This document shows, piece by piece, positions 25,168 to 38,914 of a stretch of DNA of 64,000 bases (position 1 is its first letter; each line of letters opens with the position of its first letter). Made by a program: the position numbers and the translations under genes. The notes beneath the pieces were generated by a model. It did no database searches, was not told where the DNA came from, and worked only from the letters and a program-made list of their open reading frames with translations. This DNA is from Laetmonice hystrix. Taxonomy: Eukaryota. The stretch covers positions 2,172,001 to 2,236,000 of the forward strand of contig OZ249436.1 in NCBI GenBank assembly GCA_965235115.1, given 5' to 3'.

Positions 25168-27077
25168 CCATGAAGTCCATATACTATGTGATCGGTCTCA
25201 GGCTGAAGGCTGCGTGCCATGAGGTCCATGTGCTATGTGATAGGTCAGGCTGAAGGCTGGGTACCATCAAGTCCATGTACTATGTGATCGGTCAGGCTGA
25301 AGGCTGCGTGCCATGAGGTCCATGTACTATGTGATCGGTCAGGCTGAAGGCTGCGTGCCATGAGGTCCATGTACTATGTGATCGGTCAGGCTGAAGGCTG
25401 CGTGCCATGAAGTCCATGTACTATGTGACCGGTCAGGCTGAAGGCTGTGTGCCATGAGGTCCATGTGCTATGGTCAGGCTGAAGGCTGCGTGCCATGAGG
25501 TCCATGTGCTATGATCAGGCTGAAGGCTGCGTGCCATGAGGTCCATGTGCTATGGTCAGGCTGAAGGCTGCTAACCATGAGGTCCATGTGCTATGGTCAG
25601 GCTGAAGGCTGCTTACCATGAGGTCCATGTGCTATGGTCAGGCTGAAGGCTGCTTACCATGAGGTCCATGTGCTATGGTCAGGCTGAAGGCTGCGTGCCA
25701 TGAAGTCCATGTACTATGTGATCGGTCAAGCTGAAGGCTGCGTGCCATGAGGTCCATGTGCTATGTGATCGGTCAGGCTGAAGGCTGCGTACCATGAGGT
25801 CCATGTACTATGTGATCGGTCAGGCTGAAGGCTGCGTGCCATGAGGTCCATGTACTATGTGATCGGTCAGGCTGAAGGCTGCGTGCCATGAAGTCCATGT
25901 GCTGTATGATCGGTCAGGCTGAAGGCTGCGTGCCATGAAGTCCATGTACTATGTGATCGGTCAGGCTGAAGGCTGCGTGCCATGAGGTCCATGTGCTATG
26001 TGATCGGTCAGGCTGAAGGCTGCGTGCCATGAGGTCCATGTGCTATGTGATCGGTCAGGCTGAAGGCTGGGTACCATGAAGTCCATGTACTATGTGATCG
26101 GTCAGGTTGAAGGCTGGGTACCATCAAGTCCATGTACTATGTGATCGGTCAGGCTGAAGGCTGCGTGCCATGAGGTCGATGTGCTATGTGATCGGTCAGG
26201 CTGAAGGCTGCGTGCCATGAGGTCCATGTACTATGTGATCGGTCAGGCTGAAGGCTGTGTGCCATGAGGTCCATGTGCTATGTGATCGGTCAGGCTGAAG
26301 GCTGTGTGCCATGAGGTCCATGTGCTATGTGATAGGTCAGGCTGAAGGCTGGGTACCATCAAGTCCATGTACTATGTGATCGGTCAGGCTGAAGGCTGCG
26401 TGCCATGAAGTCCATGTGCTGTATGATCGGTCAGGCTGAAGGCTGTGTGCCATCAAGTCCATGTACTATGTGATCGGTCAGGCTGAAGGCTGCGTGCCAT
26501 GAGGTCCATGTACTATGTGATCGGTCAGGCTGAAGGCTGCGTGCCATGAGGTCCATGTGCTATGGTCAGGCTGAAGGCTGCTTACCATGAGGTCCATGTG
26601 CTATGGTCAGGCTGAAGGCTGCGTGCCATGAAGTCCATGTACTATGTGATCGGTCAAGCTGAAGGCTGCGTGCCATGAGGTCGATGTGCTATGTGATCGG
26701 TCAAGCTGAAGGCTGCGTGCCATGAGGTCGATGTGCTATGTGATCGGTCAAGCTGAAGGCTGCGTGCCATGAGGTCCATGTGCTATGTGATCGGTCAAGC
26801 TGAAGGCTGCGTGCCATGAGGTCGATGTGCTATGTGATCGGTCAAGCTGAAGGCTGCGTGCCATAAGGTCGATGTGCTATGTGACCGGCCAGGCTGAAGG
26901 CTGGGTACCATCAAGTCCATGTACTATGTGATCGGTCAGGCTGAAGGCTGCGTGCCATGAGGTCCATGTACTATGTGATCGGTCAGGCTGAAGGCTGCGT
27001 GCCATGAGGTCCATGTGCTATGGTCAGGCTGAAGGCTGCTTACCATGAGGTCCATGTACTATGGTCAGGCTGAAGGC
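25168..27077. repeat. Minisatellite, 47/41-bp units, about 42 copies
   Basis: ccatgaggtccatgtactatgtgatcggtcaggctgaaggctgcgtg and a 6-bp-deleted form. Confidence 0.97.
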
Positions 27078-27289
27078 GTCGGGTGATTGAAGGAAACGTC
27101 TCACATCGAAATAAACACCGGAAACCGGATATGTAGTCCTCAAAATGACTGTCAGGTTTGTAAAGGCAAAAAAATGTTTCTTTTCTTGTCCTTTTGTTTC
27201 TTGAAGAAAGCAAATCTAATACAATGATATTCAATGTTTTTATTAAAGAACTCCCAGCTAAACAATCCACCAAACGCCAAAGAACCTGG

Positions 27290-28172
27290 TATGAAATATA
27301 ACATCAGCTCAACCAACCACACCAAACTCCTGGTCTGAAATATAACATGACCTCACCCGACCACACCAAACTCCTGGTCTGAAATATAACATGACCTCAC
27401 CCGACCACACCAAACTCCTGGACTGAAATATAACATGACCTCACCCGACCACACCAAACTCCTGGTCTGAAATATAACATGACCTCACCCGACCACACCA
27501 AACTTCTGGTCTGAAATATAACATGACCCCACCCGACCACACCAAACTCTTGGTCAGAAATATAACCTGACCCCACCCGACCACACCAAACTTCTGGTCT
27601 GAAATATAACCTGACCCCACCCGACCACACCAAACTTCTGGTCTAAAATATAACCCTCCTCCCCCCCCCCCCCCACCCGACCACACCAAACTCCTGGACT
27701 GAAATATAACATGACCCCACCCGACCACACCAAACTGCTGGTCTGAAAATAACATGACCTCACCCGACCACACCAAACTCTTGGTCTGAAATATAACATG
27801 ACCTCACCCGACCACACCAAACTTCTGGTCTGAAATATAACCCTCCTCCCCCCCCCCCCCCCCCCACCCGACCACACCAAACTCCTGGACTGAAATATAA
27901 CATGACCCCACCCGACCACACTAAACTGCTGGTCTGAAATATAACATGACCTCACCCGACCACACCAAACTCCTGGTCTGAAATATAACATGACCTCACC
28001 CGACCACACCAAACTCTTGGTCTGAAATATAACATGACCTCACCACGCCAAACTGCTGGTCTGAAATATAGCATGACCCCACCCGACCACACCAAACTCC
28101 TGGTCTGAAATCTAACATGACCTCACCCGACCACACCAAACTTCTGGTCTGAAATATAACATGACCTCACCC
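27290..28172. repeat. Minisatellite, 44-bp unit, about 20 copies, two with poly-C
   Basis: ccacaccaaactcctggtctgaaatataacatgacctcacccga. Confidence 0.95.
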
Positions 28173-29115
28173 ATCCTCCCACGCTCGGGGTTGAACCGCT
28201 TACAGTGACCCCCCCCCCCTCGCAGCGCCATCTGTTTTCCACCTACTATGGTACTTCGTACAACCAATCAGATTACAGCACATTGATTACCATTGGAGTC
28301 CGTACTTTCGGAGCCATTAAGAAATGATTAGATGTGAACCTCGCATGTAATTTCAAGTAATCTGCATGGTTTAAATTCCTTAGCCCTATCTTATTGTTGC
28401 AAGGATTGCAAGAGAACAATAATAATGTCATCGACAACCTGTTTTTCGTACAAGGGTGGCAGGGACAATAAAAAGAGGTATTAGAATTATAATGTCATCC
28501 AAACAACTCCTCAGACAGCAAGGCACACAGAAGGCGGGTTCATTTTTTGGAGTAAGTGTTCCCCATTTTAGATTTTGTTAGATCAATATCTATACTTTTT
28601 GGTCACAAAGGGTTAAAACCAGGTCACTAAGTTTTTTCTAAGGCCTTCTCCCTGGCCAATTGACGAGTGTATAGGCCTGCTCTCAGGACGGTGGATCTAC
28701 ATGTTGTTAGAGTGTGACCCCCCGAGTCGCTCACTCTAATACAGTATAAGTCCTGCGTCATTTGAAAGCTCGTTCTGACAGACCAGCTAACCTTGCCGAC
28801 CACCCTGAGTGAGGTGCAGTCATAATATGCCCGTAGTTTTACTCGACAGTGAAGACCTCTGTGCCCCCCTTCCCGGGTTTGGAATTGTCGACACGAAACG
28901 CTGAGGACTCGGCGTTTACGTCCTCTGCCGAGTTCTAGGAATGCCGTGGTCAGTTGGTGCACCCCTGACATCGTCTCCATGGCAACGTCACCTGACGTGA
29001 AATACATCGGCCTTCCATTATCTATAACTTGGCGAGAGTTTTCTAGGCCGGTGGTGCACCAGTAAACTGACCAGAGTGAAACAAACGCCTGTGAATGTGT
29101 TTATTTGTGGGAGGG

Positions 29116-30060
29116 GCGCCACCTGGTGGAAACGGTTGACACCTTCCTCATACCTACATGATGTATACCGAACACACCATAACGCACAGCTCGATCTGTT
29201 ATAAATGCATAATCTATATTATAAATGCATAATGCAGGACCACCAGTTTGCCTAGGCATGGGGTTGGATAATTTAAGGTGTTGCTGAATTAATTGGTAGG
29301 CGTTATTCTAGATACCAAGGCTGGGGTCTTAACTAAGGCAAAGTCTCATTTCCGTGACGATGTCGTCTTGTCTCATCAACTCCACCGCCAGCTGCTCCTC
29401 CGTCCTTTATCGCCTTTTTTTTTTACTCATGAAAGAAATTTCCATCCTTAAATCGGCGTAAATGTAAGCTATGCGGCGTATCACTACGACATAATCTCAT
29501 GAATAATGTTAGCATGTCGGAAACCCTGTCAGACATGGACTGGTCGAGGTGAGAGCTCGATCAGCACGACCTGCTCAAGGAGACCCGAGACTGTTTCCAC
29601 GAGTATGAAGTGGGACTGAAGGTGACAAAAGCTGTGGTGTCGCGTGAGTGCAGTGAAATACACTGACTGCTACATACAGGGTGTTCGCTTAGCATGTCAC
29701 TGTTAACGGAAACACCGGCTCGTCTCCACAGTTCCCACCAGATGGCGCTACAGTAAGCGGCCCGGTGGTTCGAGTCGCTGACAGGCGGTTCGCCTGGGGA
29801 GCCGGTGTTATATTGAAAATATCCCCCATGAAGTATGGACCCTGGGGTCTATTTTTAGTGGGGCGTGGGCCGGGGGGGGGGGGGTATTTCCCCGATGGTG
29901 ACAGCCCAGGTTGGGTTGAGTTACGGGCAGGGTTGGTGCTGGGGATACGTGGGTTAGCCACGGGTATTATAGAGACCGAGAGTAGGATAAGGTCCGGGGT
30001 AGGCAGCCTTTCCTCAGGGAAGACATCCCGGCGTCCTGTGACATACAGCGCCCCTGGTGG
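29116..30060. promoter_or_regulatory. Cluster of CTCF-like motifs
   Basis: ccaccaggtggcgc (minus, 29116-29129), ccaccagatggcgc (plus, 29735-29748), ccaccaggggcgctg (minus, 30046-30060). Confidence 0.4.
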
Positions 30061-30577
30061 TCGGTTTGGTCAATTTGTCCTGAATGTCAGCATCTGGCCC
30101 TGTTTGTGTGTCCTTAGAAGACGAGCAGGTGCGTTTTGATGCTGAAAGAACCGGCATTCTCAAATTTCCTGTGGTTTAAGTTAAAACGTGTTTTCCATGT
30201 TCATCCAGTGTTCAAAGGTGGCGCAGCTGCAGAATCGTGCACAGTTTTTGCAGGTTCGTGCTTCTTCACGCTGTCTTCAAAGGTGGCTTGTCAAACAGCG
30301 AGTGATCGTTTTGCAGACACAGAAATTGGGTTCTGGACATTGAAGGACTTTTATTTACAAGAATTGTGATCCGGTCATGTGCCTTGTACCAGTCTGTCTG
30401 CAGATGTGCCTTAATGCATATTTTATGTTTAAAAAAACGGATGAAAAAATTATGTTGAGGGATATTATAACTCAGATTTGGGGATTGGAGTCTGTCAAGG
30501 CAGTCGGGCATGAATTGTATATGCAAGCAGAGTATTTCACAGGTTGTACAAAGGCTATTGTGAATCTAACTAGACGG

Positions 30578-30690
30578 AAAGAGAGAGAGAGATAGAGACA
30601 GAGAAATAGACACAGAGATAGAGACAGAGAGAGACAAAGAAAGAAAGAGGGACAGACAGAGAGACAGAGAGAAAGACAGAGAGAGACAGT
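30578..30690. repeat. GA/GACA-rich microsatellite
   Basis: gagagagagagatagagacagag... Confidence 0.85.
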
Positions 30691-30795
30691 AGGAGCAGGT
30701 GCCCAGCAGGTATTTGTAACCATGTCACCCTGACGTCTCCGCCTGCCAATCACGTGCTGTCACATAGCGGATGGTCGCTAAATGTGAAGGGAAAC

Positions 30796-31614
30796 GTTTA
30801 GACGCGGTAAATGTACCCTCATTCTGTGCCAGCTGTCCAGGGTTTAGACGCGGTAAATGTACCCTCATTCTGTGCCAGCTGTCCAGGGTTTAGACGCGGT
30901 AAATGTACCCTCATTCTGGGCCAGCTGTCCAGGGTTTAGACACAGTAAATGTACCCTCATTCTGGGCCAGCTGTCCAGGGTTTCGACGCAGTAAATGTAC
31001 CCTCATTCTGTGCCAGCTGTATTCTGTGCCAGCTGTCCAGGGTTTAGACGCAGTAAATGTACCCTCATTCTGTGCCAGCTGTCCAGGGTTTAGACGCGGT
31101 AAATGTACCCTCATTCTGTGCCAGCTGTCCAGGGTTTAGACGCGGTAAATGTACCCTCATTCTGTGCCAGCTGTCCAGGGTTTAGACGCGGTAAATGTAC
31201 CCTCATTCTGTGCCAGCTGTATTCTGTGCCAGCTGTCCAGGGTTTAGACGCAGTAAATGTACCCTCATTCTGTGCCAGCTGTATTCTGTGCCAGCTGTCC
31301 AGGGTTTAGACGCGGTAAATGTACCCTCATTCTGTGCCAGCTGTATTCTGTGCCAGCTGTCCAGGGTTTAGACGCAGTAAATGTACCCTCATTCTGTGCC
31401 AGCTGTATTCTGTGCCAGCTGTCCAGGGTTTAGACGCGGTAAATGTACCCTCATTCTGTGCCAGCTGTCCAGGGTTTAGACGCGGTAAATGTACCCTCAT
31501 TCTGTGCCAGCTGTCCAGGGTTTAGACGCGGTAAATGTACCCTCATTCTGTGCCAGCTGTCCAGGGTATAGACGCGGTAAATGTACCCTCATTCTGTGCC
31601 AGCTGTCCAGGGTT
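30796..31614. repeat. Minisatellite, 46-bp unit with a 62-bp variant (internal 16-bp duplication)
   Basis: ttagacgcggtaaatgtaccctcattctgtgccagctgtccagggt. Confidence 0.96.
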
Positions 31615-32524
31615 TTAGGGTGCACCCCCACTAGAATCTTGTCAGGGCGGGATGTATAAGACAGGCGGACAGACAGCAGAGGCCAGATGTTTTCATGATA
31701 AACATGTCGGATAATTGTCTGTTTTGTGAAGACGTGTGCCAAAAATGGCGGTCGTCGTCCCGTAAATATCTGCGAGCTGTTTGAGGGTGCAGTGAGGTGT
31801 GAGTACTAACAACTGATCACGCTGTCTTCAAACCTCACCGAACCACCCCTCTCCGCCCGGCCCTGCCACCCCGCCCGGCCCTGCCACCCCGCCCGGCACG
31901 GCGGTCCTCCCGGCCCGGCCACCCCGCCCGGCCCTGCTACCCCGCCCGGCACGGCGGCCCTCCCTCCCTCCCGGCCCTGCAACCCCGCCTGGCACGGCCA
32001 CCCCGTCCGGCCCGCCACCCTCCCTCCTGGCCCGACCATCAAAAGAACACATTTTTAACTATTGTTTTGACATGCTCGTGGCCCCGCTCGGATCAGCCGG
32101 GTTGAAAGTGGACGCTTTCCCCGCGGTGCTTTCTGGTAAATTGGTCTGGCCCAATGGAGCTGGCAGATCGACAAGAGCTGGCATGGTTGGACGAGGTTGA
32201 GCAAGGGGATCGTTGTTTCTGGGGAAATGGACTCCTTCATTTCGGGATGGTCAGAGTGTGCTGGGTAAGGTGGGTTATGGAGGGTCGGGTGCGGTGGGCC
32301 GGGTGGGATGAAGGGCGGGGACCCTCGGTTGGCGAGGCCCGCCGCCCGCCAGTCTACCAATCATAGTGGAACCATTAGGAGTCAGCGTTCCTTACCAAAT
32401 TACCAAGGACTGGTGGTAACAGGAGGTACTGATACGGCGATTTGACAAGGGCCGAGAGTCCGGGCAGACATCAGTGGGCATTCACTGTCGTAATGAGCTC
32501 TCTAACCAGCCTTAACTCCTGCCC

Positions 32525-33526
32525 CAACTACCGCTCCAACAATCCACACAGCCTGGCCAGGAAATACCACTCCAACAATCCACACAGCTCGGCCAGGACA
32601 ACTACAACTACCACTCCAACAATCCACACAGCCTGGCCAGGACAACTACAACTACCACTCCAACAATCCACACAGCCTGGCCAGGACAACTACAACTACC
32701 ACTCCAACAATCCACACAGCCTGGCCAGGACAACTATAACTACCGCTCCAACAATCCACACAACCTGGCCAGGACAACTATAACTACCACTCCAACAATC
32801 CACACAGCCTGGCCAGGACAACTACAACTACCACTCCAACAATCCACACAGCCTGGCCAGGACAACTACAACTACCACTCCAACAATCCACACAGCCTGG
32901 CCAGGACAACTATAACTACCACTCCAACAATCCACACAGCCTGGCCAGGACAACTACAACTACCACTCCAACAATCCACATAGCTCGCCAGGACAACTAT
33001 AACTACCACTCCAACAATCCACACAGCCTGGCCAGGACAACTATAACTACCACTCCAACAATCCACACAGCCTGGCCAGGACAACTACAACTACCGCTCC
33101 AACAATCCACACAGCTCGGCCAGGACAACTACAACTACCACTCCAACAATCCGCACAGCCTGGCGATGACAACTATAACTACCACTCCAACAATCCACAC
33201 AGCCTGGCCAGGACAACTATAACTACCGCTCCAACAATCCACACAGCTCGGCCAGGACAACTATAACTACCACTCCAACAATCCACACAGCCTGGCCAGG
33301 ACAACTATAACTACCACTCCAACAATCCACACAGCCTGGCCAGGACAACTACAACTACCACTCCAACAATCCACACAGCCTGGCCAGGACAACTATAACT
33401 ACCACTCCAACAATCCACACAGCCTGGCCAGGACAACTACAACTACCACTCCAACAATCCACACAGCCTGGCCAGGACAACTATAACTACCACTCCAACA
33501 ATACACACAGCCTGGCCAGGACAACT
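32525..33526. repeat. Minisatellite, 44-bp unit, about 22 copies
   Basis: ccactccaacaatccacacagcctggccaggacaactacaacta. Confidence 0.97.
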
Positions 33527-33699
33527 TTTATAATCCGCCAGTGAAATCTTTTAAGTCATGCTCGCAGTCTGTACCTTGTTTCCCAGTGTTTCTCCTCACG
33601 CTGCCTCGTGATCAGAAGTGAAGTAATCCAATACATTGTATAATGTTGTATTGGAATAAAAAAAAATACGGTGGTCATGATGGTCGGCAGCAGGTTCAA

Positions 33700-34682
33700 A
33701 GGCCGTGGTTCAGCGTGTAGGCCGTGCTGGTGGCGGGGACAGGCCAGCCGTGGTGTCCATGTGGGCGAGGCCATGGTTCACCGTGTAGGCCGTGCTGGTG
33801 GCAGGGACAGGCCAGCCGTGGTGTCCATGTGGGCGAGGCCGTGGTTCACCTTGTAGGCCGTGCGGGTGGCAGGGACAGGCCAGCCGTGGTGTCCATGTGG
33901 GCGAGGCCGTGGTGTAGGCCGTGCGGGTGGAAGGGACAGGCCAGCCGTGGTGTCCATGTGGGCGAGGCCGTGGTTCACCGTGTAGGCCGTGCTGGTGGCA
34001 GGGACAGGCCAGCTGTGGTGTCCATGTGGGCGAGGCCGCGGTTCACGGTGTAGGCCGGCCGTGCTGGTGGCAGGGACAGGCCAGCCGTGGTGTCCATGTG
34101 GGCGAGGCCGTGGTTCACCTTGTAGGCCGTGCGGGTGGCAGGGACAGGCCAGCCGTGGTGTCCATGTGGGCGAGGCCGTGGTGTAGGCCGTGCGGGTGGC
34201 AGGGACAGGCCAGCCGTGGTGTCCATATGGGCGAGGCCGTGGTGTAGGCCGTGCGGGTGGCAGGGACAGGCCAGCCGTGGTGTCCATGTGGGCGAGGCCG
34301 TGGTGTAGGCCGCGCTGGTGGCAGGGACAGGCCAGCCGTGGTGTCCATGTGGACGAGGTCGTGGTTCACCGTGTAGGCCGTGCTGGTGGCAGGGACAGGC
34401 CAGCCGTGGTGTCCATGTGGGCGAGGCCGTGGTGTAGGCCGTGCGGGTGGCAGGGACAGGCCAGCCGTGGTGTCCATGTGGACGAGGCCGTGGTTCACCG
34501 TGTAGGCCGAGCGGGTGGCAGGGACAGGCCAGCCGTGGTGTCCATGTGAGCGAGGCCGTGGTTCAGCGTGTAGGCCGTGCTGGTGGCAGGGACAGGCCAG
34601 CCGTGGTGTCCATGTGGGCGAGGCCGTGGTGTAGGCCGTGTGGGTGGCAGGGACAGGCCAGCCGTGGTGTCCATGTGGGCGA
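33700..34682. repeat. GC-rich minisatellite with long and short unit variants (about 55-63 bp)
   Basis: ggtggcagggacaggccagccgtggtgtccatgtgggcgaggccgtgg(ttcacc)gtgtaggccgtgc. Confidence 0.96.
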
Positions 34683-34841
34683 CAGTCAATGCTGTCACCA
34701 CAATGTGCTCGGTCAGCGCGACAAATCTCGTTACTGGACCCACACACATGACAAACACGCTTTTACTCAGCGACCTCCTCCTTTCACCTACTCCTTCTTA
34801 CTGTCCGGTTTCAGTGACAGCATTGTCGGGAGTAGAGCAGT

Positions 34842-35567
34842 TGTGAGTGGGGAATGCCCTCCAGGTGATGTGAGTGGGGAATGTCCTCCAGGTGCTGTGA
34901 GTGGGGAATGTCCTCCAGGTTCTGTGAGTGGGGAATGTCCTCCAGGTGCTGTGAGTGGGGAATGTCCTCCAGGTGCTGTGAGTGGGGAACGTTCTCCAGG
35001 TGCTGTGAGTGGGGAATGTCCTCCAGGTGCTGTGAGTGAGGAATGTCCTCCAGGTGCTGTGAGTGGGGAATGTCCTCCAGGTGCTGTGAGTGGGGAATGT
35101 CCTCCAGGTGCTGTGAGTGGGGAATGTCCTCCAGGTGCTGTGAGTGGGGAATGTCCTCGAGGTGCTGTGAGTGGGGAATGTCCTCCAGGTGCTGTGAGTG
35201 CGGAATGTCCTCCAGGTGCTGTGAGTGGGGAATGTCCTCCAGGTGCTGTGAGTGAGGAATGTCCTCCAGGTGCTGTGAGTGGGGAATGTCCTCCAGGTGC
35301 TGTGAGTGGGGAATGTCCTCCAGGTGCTGTGAGTGGGGAATGTCCTCCAGGTGCTGTGAGTGGGGAATGTCCTCCAGGTGCTGTGAGTGGGGAATGTCCT
35401 CCAGGTGCTGTGAGTGAGGAATGTCCTCCAGGTGCTGTGAGTGGGGAATGTCCTCCAGGTGCTGTGAGTGAGGAATGTCCTCCAGGTGCTGTGAGTGGGG
35501 AATGTCCTCCAGGTGCTGTGAGTGGGGAATGTCCTCCAGGTGCTGTGAGTGGGGAATGTTCTCCAGG
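34842..35567. repeat. Minisatellite, 27-bp unit, about 27 copies
   Basis: gctgtgagtggggaatgtcctccaggt. Confidence 0.97.
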
Positions 35568-35676
35568 AGAACCTGGAGAGGTAGTCTGTCCTATACATGA
35601 CACGTTGTACCGGCGGATCAAATGGTTCTTTGTAATCCTGGCCCACCAGCCACAATCTCAGCACCACACAGACCGT

Positions 35677-35970
35677 TTGATATTAACCCTATCATTCCTG
35701 CCCCCACCCCACCACCTGCAGCCTTCCCCACTCGCCCTCAGTTACGACACCAGATTGACCCTCAGAGGGCACACAGAGGGTTTGATATTAACCCTATCAT
35801 TCCTGCCCCCACCCCACCACCTGCAGCCTTCCCCACTCGCCCTCAGTTACGACACCAGATTGACCCTCAGAGGGCACACAGAGGGTTTGATATTAACCCT
35901 ATCATTCCTGCCCCCACCCCACCACCTGCAGCCTTCCCCACTCGCCCTCAGTTACGACACCAGATTGACC
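35677..35970. repeat. Tandem repeat, 105-bp unit, about 3 copies
   Basis: ttgatattaaccctatcattcctgcccccacc...gattgaccc. Confidence 0.93.
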
Positions 35971-36650
35971 CGCACAGGACGCTGACCAAACTAATATTCC
36001 AACAAGTCCTTGCCAATTTGCACGGTTGCAGCTGAGCTGCTGGTGGTTGGTTGTCATTCACGTAACATATTGTAGGAGAGAACGGGACCAGACAGGAGGC
36101 AGTTGTTCCAGTGACGAGCTTCATCATTCGTCCCCTGCTGCTGGTGGTTGGTTGTCATTCACGTAACATATTGTGGGAGAGAACGGGACCAGAGAGGAGT
36201 CCCCCTACGCCCTACCCCAGGCCGCCCTGGCGGGGGTTGGGCGGGGTGGGGGTGGAATCCCCCTACGCCCTACCCCGGGCCGCCCTGGCGGGGGTTGGGC
36301 GGGGTGGGGGTGGAATCCCCCTATACTACGCCCTACCCTGGGGCCCTGGTTACAGTAACCAGCAGCCTTCCATTTACTCCTATGTTAACGATCTGGTTAT
36401 TAACCAGCCTTTAGTGAGACGGGTCCCCGGGCCGCCCTGGCGGGGGTTGATGAGGTGAATACTTCGTACCTCCTTCACCTTGCTACGGCCAACAAGCATG
36501 TGTATACTCGGACTATTTACTGTGGATATATTCGGTATTATATAAATATACTTAATCAACAAAGCACCAATATCAAGCTTGAAGGACATTGATATTTTGA
36601 AGGATTTAAATCTATTGGATTGCAGTCTATGGGTTATAATGCCATAGCCA

Positions 36651-38615
36651 GATCAGGTGAAGGTATTTGCCCATCAGAAGAAAGCGTTGTTAGAAGCCAG
36701 AGTGTGAGAGTTTATGCTTGCCTTACCCACAGTTAGATCAGGTAAAGGTATTTGCCCATCAGAAGAAAGCGTTGTTAGAAGCCATAGTGTGAGGGTTTAT
36801 GCTAGCCTTACCCGCAGTTAGATCAGGTGAAGGTATTTGCCCATCAGAAGAAAGCGTTGTTAGAAGCCATAGTGTAAGAGTTTATGCTAGCCTTACCCGC
36901 AGTTAGATCAGGTGAAGGTATTTGCCCATCAGAAGAAAGCGTTGTTAGAAGCCGTAGTGTGAGAGTTTATGCTTGCCTTACCCGCAGTTAGATCAGGTGA
37001 AGGTATTTGCCCATCAGAAGAAAGCGTTGTTAGAAGCCATAGTGTAAGAGTTTATGCTAGCCTTACCCGCAGTTAGATCAGGTGAAGGTATTTGCCCATC
37101 AGAAGAAAGCGTTGTTAGAAGCCATAGTGTAAGAGTTTATGCTAGCCTTACCGGCAGTTAGATCAGGTGAAGGTATTTGCCCATCAGAAGAAAGCGTTGT
37201 TAGAAGCCAGAGTGTGAGAGTTTATGCTTGCCTTACCCGCAGTTAGATCAGGTGAAGGTATTTGCCCATCAGAAGAAAGCGTTGTGAGAAGCCATAGTGT
37301 GAGAGTTTATGCTAGCCTTACCCACAGTTAGATCAGGTGAAGGTATTTGCCCATCAGAAGAAAGCGTTGTTAGAAGCCATAGTGTAAGAGTTTATGCTAG
37401 CCTTACCGGCAGTTACAGTCTGTTCGCTCTAAGAAGAGCACGGGGATATTCATGACCCTCCCGCCCCACTCCTCCAGCGTGTCCAATAACAGGCCGCGGG
37501 CCGTAACGGCTGCCCGCGGGAGGATGTAAAGCTGGGGTGAACACTCCATTTGGGGTAATACAGAACCACATGGAGTTTGGTGCCATTCTTGAGTGACAAG
37601 CAGTGGCGACTTGTGATACGCCAGCTGTGGGTAGCCGGGAGGAGGGGGCAGGTCACAGCTTATAATGAGGCCGGGGTCATGCTCTTCTTAGAGCGAACAG
37701 ACTGTAGATCAGGTGAAGGTATCAGAAGAAAGCGTTGTTGGAAGCCATAGTGTGAGAGTTTATGCTTGCCTTACCCGCAGTTAGATCACGTGAAGGTATT
37801 TGCCCATCAGAAGAAAGCGTTGTTAGAAGCCAGAGTGTGAGAGTTTATGCTTGCCTTACCAGCAGTTAGATCAGGTGAAGGTATTTGCCCATCAGAAGAA
37901 AGCGTTGTTAGAAGCCAGAGTGTGAGAGTTTATGCTTGCCTTACCCGCAGTTAGATCAGGTGAAGGTATTTGCCCATCAGAAGAAAGCGTTGTTAGAAGC
38001 CAGAGTGTGAGAGTTTATGCTTGCCTTACCAGCAGTTAGATCAGGTGAAGGTATTTGCCCATCAGAAGAAAGCGTTGTTAGAAGCCATAGTGTGAGAGTT
38101 TATGCTTGCCTTACCAGCAGTTAGATCAGGTGAAGGTATTTGCCCATCAGAAGAAAGCGTTGTTAGAAGCCAGAGTGTGAGAGTTTATGCTTGCCTTACC
38201 AGCAGTTAGATCAGGTGAAGGTATTTGCCCATCAGAAGAAAGCGTTGTTAGAAGCCAGAGTGTGAGAGTTTATGCTTGCCTTACCAGCAGTTAGATCAGG
38301 TGAAGGTATTTGCCCATCAGAAGAAAGCGTTGTTAGAAGCCAGAGTGTGAGAGTTTATGCTTGCCTTACCAGCAGTTAGATCAGGTGAAGGTATTTGCCC
38401 ATCAGAAGAAAGCGTTGTTAGAAGCCATAGTGTGAGAGTTTATGCTTGCCTTACCCGCAGTTAGATCAGGTAAAGGTATCAGAAGAAAGCGTTGTTAGAA
38501 GCCATAGTGTGAGAGTTTATGCTTGCCTTACCCACAGTTAGATCAGGTAAAGGTATCAGAAGAAAGCGTTGTTAGAAGCCATAGTGTGAGAGTTTATGCT
38601 TGCCTTACCCACAGT
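36651..38615. repeat. Minisatellite, 85-bp unit, about 20 copies, interrupted by a MITE
   Basis: gatcaggtgaaggtatttgcccatcagaagaaagcgttgttagaagcc...ccttacccgcagtta. Confidence 0.97.
37416..37704. mobile_element. Tc1/mariner-type MITE (289 bp) inserted in the 85-bp minisatellite
   Basis: 25-bp perfect TIR cagtctgttcgctctaagaagagca; TA TSD at the cagtTAgatc site of a repeat unit. Confidence 0.9.
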
Positions 38616-38914
38616 TTATGTTGCTGCTGTCACCAGAATGGCCATCCCCATCCGTTCTCTCACCTGATTTACGTTACGCCCAGGACATTACTTTATTGGG
38701 ATGTGAAATGGGTGCCAACCAGTAAAAGCCGACACTATCGCCGGTCTTATTAGGATGCTATGGGAAGCCTTGCCTGTACTACACCCCGGAGAGTTTACCA
38801 AATGAAGCCATAATACCAACGTTCTTTCGTTTTTTTTTGCACTGGATTTGTTAACGCTAAAGGTGGCGGAGATATGAAGTGGTTCTGCCCTAGTACCGCT
38901 GTTAGTCACCCAAG

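Noticed and set aside
29743..29790. tRNA or tRNA-derived SINE head (ggttcgagtc B-box-like)
   Set aside because: No cloverleaf, unsuitable A-B box spacing, and no SINE body or tail.
34441..35985. 514-aa ORF with collagen- or antifreeze-like GECPPGAVS repeats
   Set aside because: It reads through three unrelated arrays, other frames are also open, and unit differences are mostly non-synonymous.
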